Origin: Bilabrum cf. latius
Lineage: Eukaryota
DNA: 64,000 nt
NCBI GenBank assembly: GCA_965178125.1
Contig: OZ237772.1
Location: 62,001 to 126,000 of the forward strand
Reading direction: 5' to 3'
Part shown: one piece after another, positions 1 through 13,400 of the stretch
Layout of the letters: each line of letters starts with the position of its first letter
How positions within the stretch are numbered: position 1 is the first letter of the stretch
Notes under the pieces: model-generated
What the model saw: only the letters and a program-made list of their open reading frames with translations
What the model was told of the DNA's origin: nothing
The model's database searches: none
Position numbers and translations under genes: made by a program

Positions 1-1139
1 TTGTATTCACAGTCCCACAATGGAGTCGGAACGCAGCTGATGTACTTACACCAATGGCAATACTCCGTCACATCATGCTCCAAAGCCAAGGCTATGCACA
101 TTCCACCCAGTAAGAAAAAGTACACTGCGAGGCTTCCCCATGCTGCACAAATCTAACAAGAGGACCGCTCCTTTCCTCTCACAAGGCAAAAGCACCCCAG
201 GAGAACGCCACCAACACAACCAAACGCATGTGCGAAATTATCAACGATTGGGACTAGACCCAATCCAAGGTTTACCACAGTTACGACAGCCAGCACAAAA
301 AAATCTTTGAAACACCCCCCGGCGCCATACTCATGATCTGGACTTGAAACGACAGTGTACCAGTTCTGGGCAAAATCTCCCCATTGTGAGCCGAGGATGC
401 CAAACATTGCCCCAGATGCACCGACCGTGATCTTGGTAGGTAGCAGCACCGCACTTGCCGCAATCGACAGGATCCCTGAAGCCAAATATATCGGGGCGAA
501 CCGCACCCAAGAGGCATTGCGCTCAAGCTAGAACCCATGCTTGCAAAGAATCCAGGAGTTGCATCCAAGGTGTACGACGCCAACGTGCAAGAATAATGGG
601 GTGATCAGTCTCCAATACTCCCTGTTGAGTACAATCAGTGGAGTGTCCTTCGCGCCCGCAGCGACAAGAACACCTATCGGTGGTCCTATCATGGCATTAT
701 CCACCAAGGGGGCAGCCTTGAAATCAGCCAGGTAGCACTGAAACGTGAAGCCAGCGAGCATCCCGACGAACATCACAATCCCGAACCACGGAATCGGCTG
801 AAGTACATGCTACTCGGCTGGGGGTGCCGTGGAGTCTGGACCAATCCTAGCTGGAGCAGCTGCGGGGGCTGTTGGACTTGGATTCCGGTGGACTTGGGAT
901 CCGTTCAACAAGTTGGCGCTCCGACTCTACACCTTGCCCAGGAGAGGTGCATTTTCACCCATACTGCCTCCTGGTACGTAAATGGGCTCATGGGGCTGCT
1001 AGTTTGCCCATAGAATAGTAGCACTCTGCGCAATTTGCTAGTTCTGCCTGTCTGACGTACTAAATATGGGTGGGGACAACTTGAAAGGCTCGTCATGATC
1101 ATCTGGATCGGGTCCCAGCCGCCACTGGCCCGCGTCCAT
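1..1139 (-). CDS. Rhomboid-family intramembrane serine protease (3' end runs off the window)
   Basis: One frame from ATG 1139 to base 1, broken only by six TAG (1038, 999, 927, 810, 528, 153). Motifs: WRLITPLFLHVGVVHLGCN, GF*LERN, catalytic GASG, DNFAHAFG, and the C-terminal CHWCKYISCVPTPLWDC typical of plant/protist rhomboids, which lies beyond the TAG at 153. Confidence 0.93.
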
Positions 1140-1387
1140 TGTTCTGGAGGCGCAGTCTGATTTCGAGGTTCCAGTGCTCAATACAACCTCACGACAAGGT
1201 TTATTTCGGTTAGACAAATACTATACCCCGTGTGCCTGCCCCGCTGTCGAGCTCAATCCAAGTTGATGGTCAGCCGAAATTAATCCGTGTATGCCCAGAC
1301 GCAAGTTTTGTCCAGTGCTCTGCTGAATTCGGAGCCGCAGCCAAAAAAATTTCTAGACCTCTACCCATGCTTACAAACACACAAATA

Positions 1388-3907
1388 TCAGTCCATGGAA
1401 GCCTGTCCAGCTCCCACGCTACTACCGCGGCCTTGCACCCATCCATTGGCTGGCAGGCCCTACTAAAAGGCCGAGCCCACCCCAGCTCCCTTCGCTCGAG
1501 GCGAGCCCAGCGATGATGACCCATTCCAACTCTCACTCCCACTCCCCACCATCCCACTCCTACCCCCGTCCCCATCCCACCCACCACGATGATCCCCGTC
1601 CATGGCAACCACCCGCTCCGCCGCTGCCCTAGCCAGTCCCTCGGGCAGATAGCTCCTCTCCCCCAGCGCGCTCCGGTCGAATGACCCCATGATGCTCAGG
1701 ATGGGGGCCTGCCCTCGCTGCTGTGCGACGACACGGGCCTGGGCGCCGGGCACGGCCAGCGACGATCCGGACCCGGAGCCGGAACCTGCCCCCACCGCCC
1801 CCATCGCAGCGGAAGGGACCCTGCCCTCTGCGTTCCAACGCCCCAGCATGCGGGCAAGTGAGGCCGGCTGGGCGTCCATTCGAGTCAGCCTGAGCCCGCC
1901 CTAGGCCAGGGTCCGCTGTGCCTGCCGCTGCACCTGCACCCTGTTGCGGGAGGCAGCCGGACTCAGCGCTGGGGAAGGTGGGCCGCCCGACGACGGCATG
2001 CCGCTGCCGCCGCCCCCTCCCCCTGTCCCGAGCAATGCGCTCCCAAGCGTAGCCGGGCCGCTGCTCGTTGCCGCGCCGTGACCAACCCCCTCCGCGTGTT
2101 CCCTGGCAGGCAGCATCGAGGAGAGCCCCGAGGACGTGGCCGCCTCCCCCCACAGTGGGGACGGACCCCTGGCACTCGCCACACCCCCTTCCCCCCTCAT
2201 GCGCTGCATCCTCTCTGCCCTCCTCCTCTCCGCCTCCCTGTGTTCCCTGCCCCGCTGCGCCTCCTCTGCCAGGAACCGGAGGAACACATGCACGCCGGGG
2301 GGCGCCCACGGCTGCACCCGCACGTAGTCGGGTTTCTTCTTCCTGGCGTGCACCAGCCTCTCCTCCGAGAACCGCATGGCCTGCCGCAGGGCTCCCCTGG
2401 CCACTTCCGGTTTGAGCAGCTCTGCGCATGATGGCAGCCAGTGCGGCGCATTGGGACCCTCCTGTGGCCCGGCCGTGCCCGTGCCCCCGATCCCCCCGCC
2501 CTGCCCCAACATGCGCTGCCTGGCGTGCCTCTGTCTGGCCAAGATCTCCCTGGATGCAGAGGGGGGCAGGGCGGCCACACCGGCGAACAGCACGCACCTG
2601 CTGAACTCGTCCTGCACCACAATGAGCTGCACCCCCAGGTGACCCGTCAGCGACGCATCCGCGTGCAGCGACCACACGGCCATGGGCCTGCCCCCCGCTG
2701 GCAGGGAAGAGTCAGCAAGCGACATCCCCCCAGTGCCCGCCCCGTGTCCTAGCCCCAACAGCCGCGCCAGCCCCCCGCCGCCGTGCCGCCTCGATTTGCG
2801 GGCCTGGAACTGCCCCGACTCCTCCTCGTCGTCCCCCTCGTCACCCCCCTGCATCCCCCACGCGCCCCCTCGGGCTCCTGTTCCCCAACCAGCGCCCCAG
2901 CCACCACTGTTCCCCTCCACCGGAGACCAGGTCGTGGACGAGGCCCCACTTCCCGAGCCCTAGCCAGGGGCAGATCCAGTGGCGGAGGCAGGGGCCCAGG
3001 CAAATCCCTGGCCCTGGCCCTGGGCGGGTCCCGGGGTGACCGCGCCGCCCCGTCCACCGGTGGACCGATCCGATCCCAGGGCCACGACAGTCTCGGTACT
3101 GGGTGCTCGCGCCCCCCACTCTCCATTTGTGCCCTGCGCACCCGTGCCCGCCCCCGCCCCCGCGCCCATGCCCACGCCCATGGTCGGGAACGGCTTCTTC
3201 CTGGCAGGTGCCCCCTGGGTGGGGGACGACCCCGCTGATGACCCCCGAGAGGGGGGGTTAGACCCGAATGTACCCCTGGGGGCGGTGGCCTTGCCCCACG
3301 GGTCCATCGCATCGGATCCGGAGCCCCAATTAGTGCCCTGGCTACCGGAGCGGTGTGCCAGTATCCCAGCCCGCGTCCGCTTTCGGCTGGGCCGGGAGGA
3401 TCCTGCACCACCACTCGCACGAGTGCCCGAGCCAGAGCCCGAGCCCCAAGGGGACGGCGGGCCACATCCCGCGCCCGCGCCCGATCCAGGTGCAGTGTGG
3501 GGCTGGGGCTGGGGCTGGGGCTCCTGAGCTGCCGGCGGTGTCCCCCATCCTGCGGAACCCACGGAGGTGCTTCCGCGCGGCGCCGCCTGTGGAAAGCCGC
3601 CCCACACTCCTGCTCCTGTAGTTGACATGCCTTGCTGCCCCGGTGATGGCTTGCCACCCTGTGCGGACGATGACGAGGAGGAGGAGGAGGACGAGGAGCT
3701 GCTGCTGCTGCCGGGCATCGTGGGAGCGCCCGTGTGTCCCGTGGGGGGTGTTATACCCCATCCTGAGACCATTTCGCCCCCGTGGCCTGTCCCTCTGGCG
3801 ATTTTGCCACCGGAGGGCCCGACGGCTCGCTGCGGCTGAGGTGCTCTCAGCTGGGACATGCCAGATCCGGGGCTAGATTGCCACGTGGAGCCCCAACTAT
3901 CGCCCAT
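1388..3907 (-). CDS. Hypothetical Gly/Ser-rich protein (~840 aa) with a central globular-looking segment
   Basis: ORFs 2960-3907, 1901-2920 and 1463-1879 share one frame, joined across TAG at 2960, 1901, 1463 and 1460. ATG 3907, TGA 1388-1390. No family recognised. Confidence 0.7.
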
Positions 3908-4431
3908 ACTATTATTCTTGTAAATATCACAGAAGTATTGCTGTAATGCAGACGCAATACTCCGGTGCGTCAGCGCTATCTCCCAACTGAGCTGGTCGAT
4001 TTACGCTCGATCGACGATTGCGTGCTGAGACACAATCTTCGGGTTCGGGGGCCTGGATACCAACACCTTTGCAACACCAATGTTATACTCCGCAGTCTGA
4101 CGCTAGAAAAGCGTCTGTCTCTTCTGCAATATAGTCTGATACTTGAAAGACCGAAACCTGTGCTCGCTCGCCACGACTTCTCAACCTGAGTTCAATTTAC
4201 CAGGTCGTTACTTCCGACGAAGCCTCAAGCTGCGACAAAGAAACAAATGCGGTGGTATCAAGGGCCTAGCAACAAGGTGCTATTGAGCTGCAATTCTGGA
4301 TTTGACCGTCCCGCGTCCCTCTGGCGCCGCGCGGGGCACTGTGGTTCCGTAAAGGGCGGGTTCCGGTAATCCGACGGTGCCGAAGTGAGCACGCGAGCAG
4401 TACGACCCATGTATACGTTGATTCCCTGTAA

Positions 4432-7400
4432 ATGAGCCCCACATTTGTACCGTTGTTAGTTGCACTCCTGATGGTGGCAGGGGTTCCGACGGTTGTAGGG
4501 GCAGTGAACGGAACGCAGCAGAGCATTGCGGAAGGCAGCCCGATTCCAATCCTGCGAAGCTAGCCCGAGGTCAGAGACAGCCTTGGGTACGCTCTAAGCC
4601 AAGTATCGTCCATGAGAATCGTTGCAGGTGCCCCCGATGGATCTGAGGAAGAAGCCCTCGTGCTCTCGAAGGTGGGGACGAGGTGGGAGATTGACGGACT
4701 CGTTGCTCCGAACGATACGGTGCCGCAGCAAAGCACGAGGCGATTCGGCCATGCAGTTGGCTTTGAGGACCCATTCGTTTTTGTTGGTGCGCCGGAAGAC
4801 GACGAGCAGGGGCAGAATGCCGTGAGAACTGCTCAACGCACTTGCTCATATTGCAGAATGCTCCACCAGCAGTAGCATCCAAACAGCTTCAAGCATGCCA
4901 AGGCACAAAACAAATTGCAACTTTCTGCAGATCGTTTCACTCTACCGCAGGGCGCTATGTACGTGTTCACCCGGCAGCAATCGGGAGGAGTATCCTCTCG
5001 GTCGACCTTCGAGCAAATCGGCCCGCCCACCCGACCCCTCCCAATGCTGAGGCACATGCTCGGCAACGGGATCGCAGAAGCAGGTCCAGCACAGTTCGGG
5101 CGCGTGATCGAGCCTGTGCCTCGAGAGAGCCTGGGCCTCCCCGTCTGGGACGACTCCAGGCAGGGAGTCGTGATCGGGGCTCCGTTCGCTCGACTGGGGA
5201 CGGGCTTGCAGGAGGCGGGGCTGGCCGTCTACTGCGAGGTGCAGGCCGCGGGTGCATCGCACGGTGGTGCGAGGGGCCAGCAGTCGGACGGTCGATCCGA
5301 CGGGACGTGCGCCAGCTGGCAGGTCCTGACCCATCCGGAGCCGCAACTGTCCGCCTCCTTCGGAGCCGCGGCGGGTGCACTGCACGATGGCGCCCACCTG
5401 GCAATCAGCGCCCCCGGCACATCCACCAGGGGACTGCAGGGAGAGGTCCTCCTCTTCAGCAGGCGGCTCGTGTCCAGCGCGCGGGGGGCTGGCCTCCGGG
5501 TTCGATGGGCCCTGGCGCAGCGAGTCCAGCTGGCGCGGGCCTCCATCCCGATCGGGGGCATCGGGGGCATTGGGGCTGGGGCAGGGCAGCAGGTGAGGTG
5601 GAGGGAGCTGGGGCATTCATTAGCCGCTGGGACCGAGAGGGTGGCGGCCGGCGTAAAGATATTCCGGGCCGGATCCGCGGTGCCTACCGGTGGAGTCGTG
5701 GTGATGCGGCTGGTCAGAGGCGCCACAGCCAGCGCGTCTGCACTCGTCACACAGGGTACCATCCTGCCACCCGGGCTGGCAGACTCAGCCACGAATATCA
5801 CGGCGCACCCGCAGGCATACGGAGCCGGGGCACTTCCCCTGAGCCCCGCGGGCGAGGCCTCGTTCGGCGACTCGCTGGCCCTGTCCGCGTCAGACCAGTA
5901 CGTGGCTGTGGGCGCGCCGGACGACGGGGCTCCCGCGGGATCCCCGTTGCGCGGCGCCGCCATCATGTTCCGCGCAGAGACCAACGCTGTCCAGGGTGTA
6001 TTGCACGGTCGCACCATCCTGCGGCCGCCGCCGTTACCAGGCGGCCGTCCAGGCGACACCGCGGGGGCGCGATTCGGCAGCTCCATTCGGGTGACTCCCA
6101 GCTTCGCTGTGGTGGGCGCGCCCGAAGGAACAGTGTCAAACGGAAGGCTCTTTGGGTTCTCCAGCTATCTGTTGTTCCCCATCCAGGCCCCCTCTCTTGT
6201 TCCCCGCGCCGGCTCTTTCTTCGTGCCTGTGGGGGCATCACTTAATGTGACTGCCCTCACCGCGCGGTCGGAGGAACGCGCCTTTGCGACACATGACGGG
6301 TCCGCGCCGGATCCGGCCGGTGCGTTCCTGCTTGGCAACGTGCCCACCACCCGACCCGATCTCCAAGGCAGCGGGGGCGGGGTGCTCCAGGTGCCTGCGC
6401 CCAGCCGGCTGACTGCCTTGGTGACCGTGCGTGCGATCTCGGGCAATGCTTTTGAGGCCGGATCCTTCGGTCCGGAGGCAGTGGGTACCTACAACGTATC
6501 TGTACCCACCATGGGGAGGCAATGGGACCCCATCAACCGCCTGCTAATCGACTGCGGCGCGGTGAACTTGTATTGCCCGGGTACTTTCAGGCCAATGGAC
6601 GCAGTCAGGGTGTCACCCGCCCACTACACCGTCCCCGAATCGGCCCCTCCCGCCCGCAGGGAGAACCAGACCATCTGTGAGCCCCCATTCCTATGCCAGG
6701 CAGGGGTGCGCTCCCCCTGCGGCAGGCCCGTGTGCTGGCCCAGGGTGAGTAGGATGGAGGTGCGGGGGGCGAGGCCGCTGGAATCGACCACGCTGACCCT
6801 GGCTGGTATGGTCGGTGTCACAGGAGCTGGGAGCGGGCGTGTGCGGTGGACTGGCACCGATGGTGCGAATGTCACGTGGTTGCAACCGCCCGCAGGCAGA
6901 CAGGGCACTGTCCACTGGCACGCGCGGCGGTCCCCCGGCCCCTCGGAGGGCGATGTGCTAGAGGCGTGGTTCGATGCTCCCACCAACCAGCCACCGATGG
7001 GCACTGCCATCGAGGTGCACCAGTTCCTGGGTCTATCCACCCCTGTCGCTGAGGCATTCGAGGGGCGCTGGGTCTCACCAGAGCACCTGGTCTTGAGGAT
7101 GATGGGGAGGACTGGGACGGAGCTGGGGCGGGCGCTGCTGGACAGGCAGGCGGGGCTGACACCGGGCGGACGAGGGGGCGGGCTGGGGCTCGGCGCATCC
7201 ACAGCGGTGGTGATGGATGCCAGTGGCAGGCCGTTGTTGCGACCAAATGCGACGGAGGGGCTGCAGGGGGGCAGCAGTGCGAGCGGTTAGAGGGGAAGCG
7301 GCTCTGTACCCGATGGGAAGGAGTGGCTGGACGCGATGCTGTCCGCCGGGATTGTTCCCCAGGATGCAAACAGGCTGGCAGAGGCATACACGCTCGGGCC

Positions 7401-10400
7401 GTTGCGGGTAGGTCAAGGCTAGGGTCAAGGTGGGACGCAGGCTGCGTTCAGCTGCACGCTGCAGCCGGACACAGGCGTGGGCCTCCGACGGGAGGGCAAC
7501 ACGACCAGAGTGGCGTCGGGACCGGAGGTGGTCGTCAACGGGACATGGGGCGACATGGAAGCGCCTGAAGTGGTGCGGGCCACTGCCATCGACTCAGGTA
7601 GGGGCGAGCAGCCCGGCTGGCTGCCGGGTGCTGGTGATGTTCTCGTGGTGGAATTCGCCGCACCTCCCCAGCAGCTCCCTGTGGACACAGAGGAGCAGCT
7701 GCTGTCACTCCTGGACTTTGGACCCGCTGAGCTGTAGGGCTCGATCGGTGGGGCCCGATGGACAGGGGCATACTGCCAGGCTGATGCACCTCTCGCTTGT
7801 CCCGTGGCCCTGGAGATTCAGTTTCACGGTTTCCCTTCGGCAATGGCGAGGCTCGCCCATGCACAGCTCGCCAGTCGATACGATGAGATGGATGGCCTCG
7901 CACTGGATGCAGCAGACGAGCACGTGCTCTCTGAGGTGATGGACCACGAGGCAGAGTACAGCCCATGGCTTGTTGATGATAGCAGGTCTTTGGCAAAGAG
8001 CGACGCGAGTGCCTGGGCGCTGCGAGCCGGGCGACTGCGGGCCGGCGTGCTGCAGGTGAGGGTGAGGCAGGGGTCGGGTCTGCGGACTGCAGATGGACGC
8101 AGCGATGAGGCTGGATTTGGGCCGCTCGTCACGGTTGGTGGCGCGTTTGGCCCGCCCCTAGCAGCTCCTTCCCTTGTCCGCACGTCGCCAGAGTGCGCCG
8201 ATCTCCGTGTGGGCGCAGTGCTGGACCAGCCAGGGTCTGCTCCTGGGCGGCTGCAGGACCCTGTGCCATTGGCTCTGCCTCTGCAGCGGGCGTACCCTCC
8301 TCTGTCCGCTCCTAGCCTGCTGCGAGTGGACTGCGATGTGCTGGATGCCAGCTCGCTTGCAGTCCTTGGGCCTGATGCCCGGTGGCGAGCGGTGAGTCAC
8401 ATCGACCGATGGGAGCTGGTGCGCAACAGCGGCAACTCGAGCGTGGCAGTGGATGCCAGCGTAGCTGGCACCCTAGCCAGTGCCATCGCACTGCTTCCAC
8501 AGGCACCGGGCGCAAAACCACCCGAGGTCGGCGGTCTTCGCGCGGGCTTGCCTCTGATTGCGTCAGTCTCGCTAGTGCCAGGGCATGACGATCTCCCAGT
8601 CAGCGAAGCTGGATCCGGTGCCGTAGGGCTGTTCCCCATCGAAGTCAGTAAACGCATATGCCGCGGTGGACTACTGGCCCGGGTGCCGGCAGTGCCTGCC
8701 ATTGCAGCGCGGTGCCGTGCAGTGACCGGCTCGAGCGCTCTACGGGCGATCGGCAGCACCGGCCCCGGATCTACCCAAATGTAGGTGCCTGCAGCGACTG
8801 ATCACGGCATGGTTCAGGGGTGGTGGGCTGTTGGACCTGCGCCTCTGCTGTTTAGCCCCCTTGATCTAGAGGGATTCGATCCCCGGGGCTCCCGGCTTCA
8901 CACGACCGGCCGGTCCCTGCGGCCCGATGGGTTGTCCGTGGCGAGAATCTCGCCTTCGATGGGACATGGCCGGCATGCCCGAAACCTGCCACTAGAGGTG
9001 ACCATCGGCCCACTCGCAGAGGCATGGCGAGACATCATTGATACAGGTTCCTTTGAGAGTGCAGGCGGTGATCTAGTGAGGCAGAGAAGGAGGCTGGCTG
9101 CAGGCACAGGCGAGTCCGTTGGCCTCGCTTTGTCCGGCGAGTCGCGTCCATCTGGTCTGTTTGCAGAATCTACTTATTTATCACCCCCAACATGCCTACT
9201 GCTCGGAGCAGGCACTGCAGTGCAGTGCTCCATGCCCCAGGGCGGTGGCGGTGCACTGTTCACCGCGATCACGCTGGCCGGCATGCCATCGATATCGGAT
9301 GGGCGCGGTTGCCACATGCCGGGTACGCCAGCCGAGGCGGCGCTCCGATCCGGCGAAGCATGCAGGGAGCAAACGGTCGGCTACGTTGCTCCTCAGGTGC
9401 TCTTGGTTGACTCTCTGGACGGGCCCTGCGCCCGTAGCTTGCTGCTGGCGAGATCGAGGTCGGCGCTGAGCGTCAACGGCTCAACACCTGGCGGCTCTGC
9501 TCTCATCTTGGAGTCACCAGCGGTGCAGGCTGCTTGCCCTACCTCTCTCCGGGACCTGTAGGGACGATCCATCGACGATGCCACCTTGGCTGCTCTGACT
9601 GGACCAGACCCCAGCCTGCGAGGAAATGCTAGCGCTAGCACAGACCCAGGCCCAGCCGCGGGCCTGCTCCTCATTGGCACAAACTTGGGGCATGACCCAG
9701 CGATGCTGAATGTGACTACCCAGGTGAATGGGGGGTCAGTTCCTTCCAACTGCTCCTATCTTGTGCCGCACACACACATCGCTTGCGTGCTGGATGGCCC
9801 CGCCGGCGGATAGGTGGATGTTTCTGTTGAATACGCAGGCCAAGCAGCGACGCCCTCCCAACTGCCTCCTGCCCCTCCAAGAATCGATTCCGTTGAGATA
9901 GTGCGCCTCCAAGCACTCGGCAATGCCTTTGCAGATGCGATGGAGCAGTTGGAAGTGGTGCAAGCTCCTAGGGCAACCAGCAACACATCATTTGAATCCG
10001 AATCGATGGTTGGCCGAGCTAGCAGCGCAACGTCTGCCTAGTAGCTCGGTGTGATGAAGGCTGCTGCTCGCAAGTTCGCACCTGTAGCCCCATTCCCTCG
10101 AGTTCGAGCATTGGTCTCGCTGTTGGAAGCCCTGGACCTGGAGGAAGGCAAGGTGCAGAGGACAGGGGAACCGCCGGGGTGGACGGGGCCTGCTGCCGGG
10201 CCGTGGACCCCTGTCGCAGTGCCAGAGGTGGGCATACCAGGAGGAGTCGCAGGGTCGTTGCTTATAGTCCGCGGGACAGGTTTGGGTCCACGCACGTCAA
10301 ATGCGGCTCGCAGTGACACCTTGGATGGCGAATCCTGGGTAGATCGGGTCTGGACAGACGGGCAGGTGCCGTCGTGGATGCCTCGGCTGCAGATGTTCCC

Positions 10401-13400
10401 GGCCGGTCTGCTGGCCAATGCCGTGGGTCCCCTTGGAGCTGATCGATACAGGGGCATGGTATTGGAGGCAACAGCGTGCGGGGTGACCAGCGGTGGCACT
10501 GTGATGGTGTGCCTGGGTGGGCCTACGCTCGGGCGGCAGCTGGCATTCAGAGTGGTCCTTGGCGCAGCACCGGTGCCCGGGTGTCAGTCAAACAACCAGC
10601 TGGGAACTTCGAGCGACGTCGCGTTCACGAGGATCGGGACTAGCCGGCCGATGCTTCTGCCGGTAGCAGGTGTGCAGCCCAGCGAGGACATCTTCGCCTC
10701 CCCGGCCCAGGTGAACGTGCTTCGGCCAATGAGCGAGTCTCGGGCCCTGACTGCGGCGCCAGGGGTGCGGCTGGAGCACAGGCGCGCACCATACCGCCGC
10801 GTGAGAGAACGGACCCGAGTGCCGACCGAGAGCAGGCCGATACTGGTGTCAGATTGCGAGCCAGCCGCGTCGCACGTGACCCTGCTGCGGGTAGCTGCTG
10901 CCAGCCTGGCCCAAGGCATGTCCGCAGACCAGCGGACCCTCCTGGATGCGATGAGTACGCAGGCTGCAACCAGCCCAGAATTGCACCCAGATGATCAGAC
11001 AGTGTTGTCAATGGGCAGTATCACAGCAATGACAAGTGTGTTCGAACCAGCTGCAGCTGTGGATGCACGGCACGCGCAGCTGGCTGCTAGTGCGAGTATT
11101 CCACATGGGGGGAATGGGGCAGGATCGCCGGCGAGGCGGTTTCCTGACGTGGCATGGGGCACGCAAGGATACTAGTCATCGTTGGCCTCCGGTGGTCGAC
11201 TCGTGAGTCTATCTACCGGTGGATTGGTGTTCGTGAACGGAAGCCAGGATCCGGCCGTTGCCTCCGCCCACTCCGGACCCATTGCCAGCATGGACGGGGT
11301 GGATGTGCACAGGCCGATCGCAATGCCAGTCTCCATGATACAAGGGGCTGGGCCAATGTAGGCGTCAGGTCGGGCCCACTGCTACCTGTGGCCCGAGCCG
11401 ATGGTGTTCGTGCCCACGAGCCGGCACTGGGTGCTGCTCGGTGCAAGCGGGCTGTCGTTGGACGCGGTCGAGGCGGTGATGGGCGGGCAGAGCAATGCGC
11501 TGCACCCAAGTCCAGGCCCCAGTAGAGATGTTTCACTCCTTATTGACGGCTAGGTCCAGCCCCCTGGCTCGTTGAGGCTGCTGGGGGACGGCCTGCTGGA
11601 GCTGCTTAGCCCGGGCGGGGTGGGGAGGAGGCGCGCGCAGCTGATTGTCGCCGGCCGGGCCACATTCGGGGCCGTGCTGGCGTCGGCTCCACCCAGGCTG
11701 CACGGCGTGGCATCGCTCGAGGCGGAACTTCCTGACCTGGCTGCTTCTCTGGATGCCTCATCCCGATCGGATCCGACGTACGAGGCATCTGCGCCAGAGT
11801 CGTGGGGCGGTCTCGGGGCCTGGGACCCTGCAATGCGATGCAGCCGTGTAGTGTTGCTCGGGTTCGATCTGGGGGAACAGTCAGACTATGACCAGGGCAG
11901 AGCATCGGCGCTGTCAGATGCAGATTCTGATGTAGCGTGCGAGTACGTGACACGCGCGGAGTCGTTCAGGCTCGTTTGCTGCACGCGTGCGCGCCAAGGG
12001 CGTATGCAGGTGCGTGCTGCGGGGCACGTTGGCGAACTGCCCTGGTCTTGGACGGAGCTGGTGCACCGCCCCAGAGTCACTGCGGCTGCGCCATCCCTGC
12101 TGAGCACTGCAGGCGGCCAGCGGCTGGCCATCGGTGGAGAGGGGCTGCGAGCCTCGAGCACTGGTGCCTACCGCGGCAATCGAAGCGTGCACTATCGCGG
12201 CTCACAGGCTATCGTCTTGGCTGGACCGCTTGGAACGGTAGCTGCAGGTGCATATAAATCCAATGACGATATTCGTGCCCAGATGCAACCCGGCAGAGTG
12301 ACTACCTTCGGAGCTAAAGACCCGCCAGTGCTGCCAATCCTGGGCAACCTCAGCCAGCTGCATAGGCCTCCATCATCTGTCCTTGGGGATATCAACGTGA
12401 CGGACGTTGACATTCTCACGGGTCCGGTGCTCTACCAACCTGTTCAGCTAGCCATGGATCCGTGGAGCCGAGCATCCTGGGAGCAGGTCAGTCGAGTGCA
12501 CCCGTCCAATGCCTCGACAGGCGCCTGGATGTGCGGACCTGGCGCAGACCAGCAGCCGTGCCCTGCCGCGAAATGGGAGGATGTACATGCCGGACAGAGG
12601 TCAGGGGTCGTTGAGCTGCATCCTGACCATGCCAGGGAACAATTGAGGCTGGAAGGGAGGGAAGGAGACATCACGGAGTGGCAGGGGCACGTGTCGGACG
12701 AGAGCGCCATGGGCCCCGCTGCCTTTGACGGGCCGGCCTCCACGTGGAATGGGCTGGTGGTGAGGGCGCCGGAGCAGCACGGGCCCGGTCTGGAGATGCA
12801 GGTGGCGGTTGCAATCATGGCATACAGGGGGTTCGTGCGTTCCAACGTGTTCTGGGTGCCAACAGAGCCACCGACTATCAGCGGCGTGGTGCCGTCAGAG
12901 CTGCCGGTGACGGGCGGGGTCATCACTGTGAAGGGATCGGGATTCGGGACTGGGGGGGAAGTGGTGGTGCTGCAGCGCATTGCGGTGCATGAGCCGAGGG
13001 CGGGCGTAGGAGCTAGAGCTGCAGTGGTGCCAGAGGTGCTGCGAGCAGCCCTGAATGGGTTGCATCCGGGCCCAAGCGAAACCGCAGGCATGTATGATCC
13101 CGGCTGGGCAGTTGGTGCAACAGATGGAAATATCAGTGGTGCAACTAGCCCCGAAATTGCGCAGCTTTTCTGGCCTGGCGCATTCAGCGTTGGGCCAGAC
13201 GATGACAATCCCCCGACTGGTATTGCTGTGGATGGATCGGGGCGACTCGTACGGCTGCATCCAGAAGGGTCCTCGCAGGCGGTGCATGGCCCCATCGATG
13301 ATTCAACCAGCATGCCGCACTCCATGCAGGTGCACACCAGGTGCAGGGTGCTGTCCTGGAGACATGACCGGATCGACTGCGTGGCTCCCGGGGGACTGGA

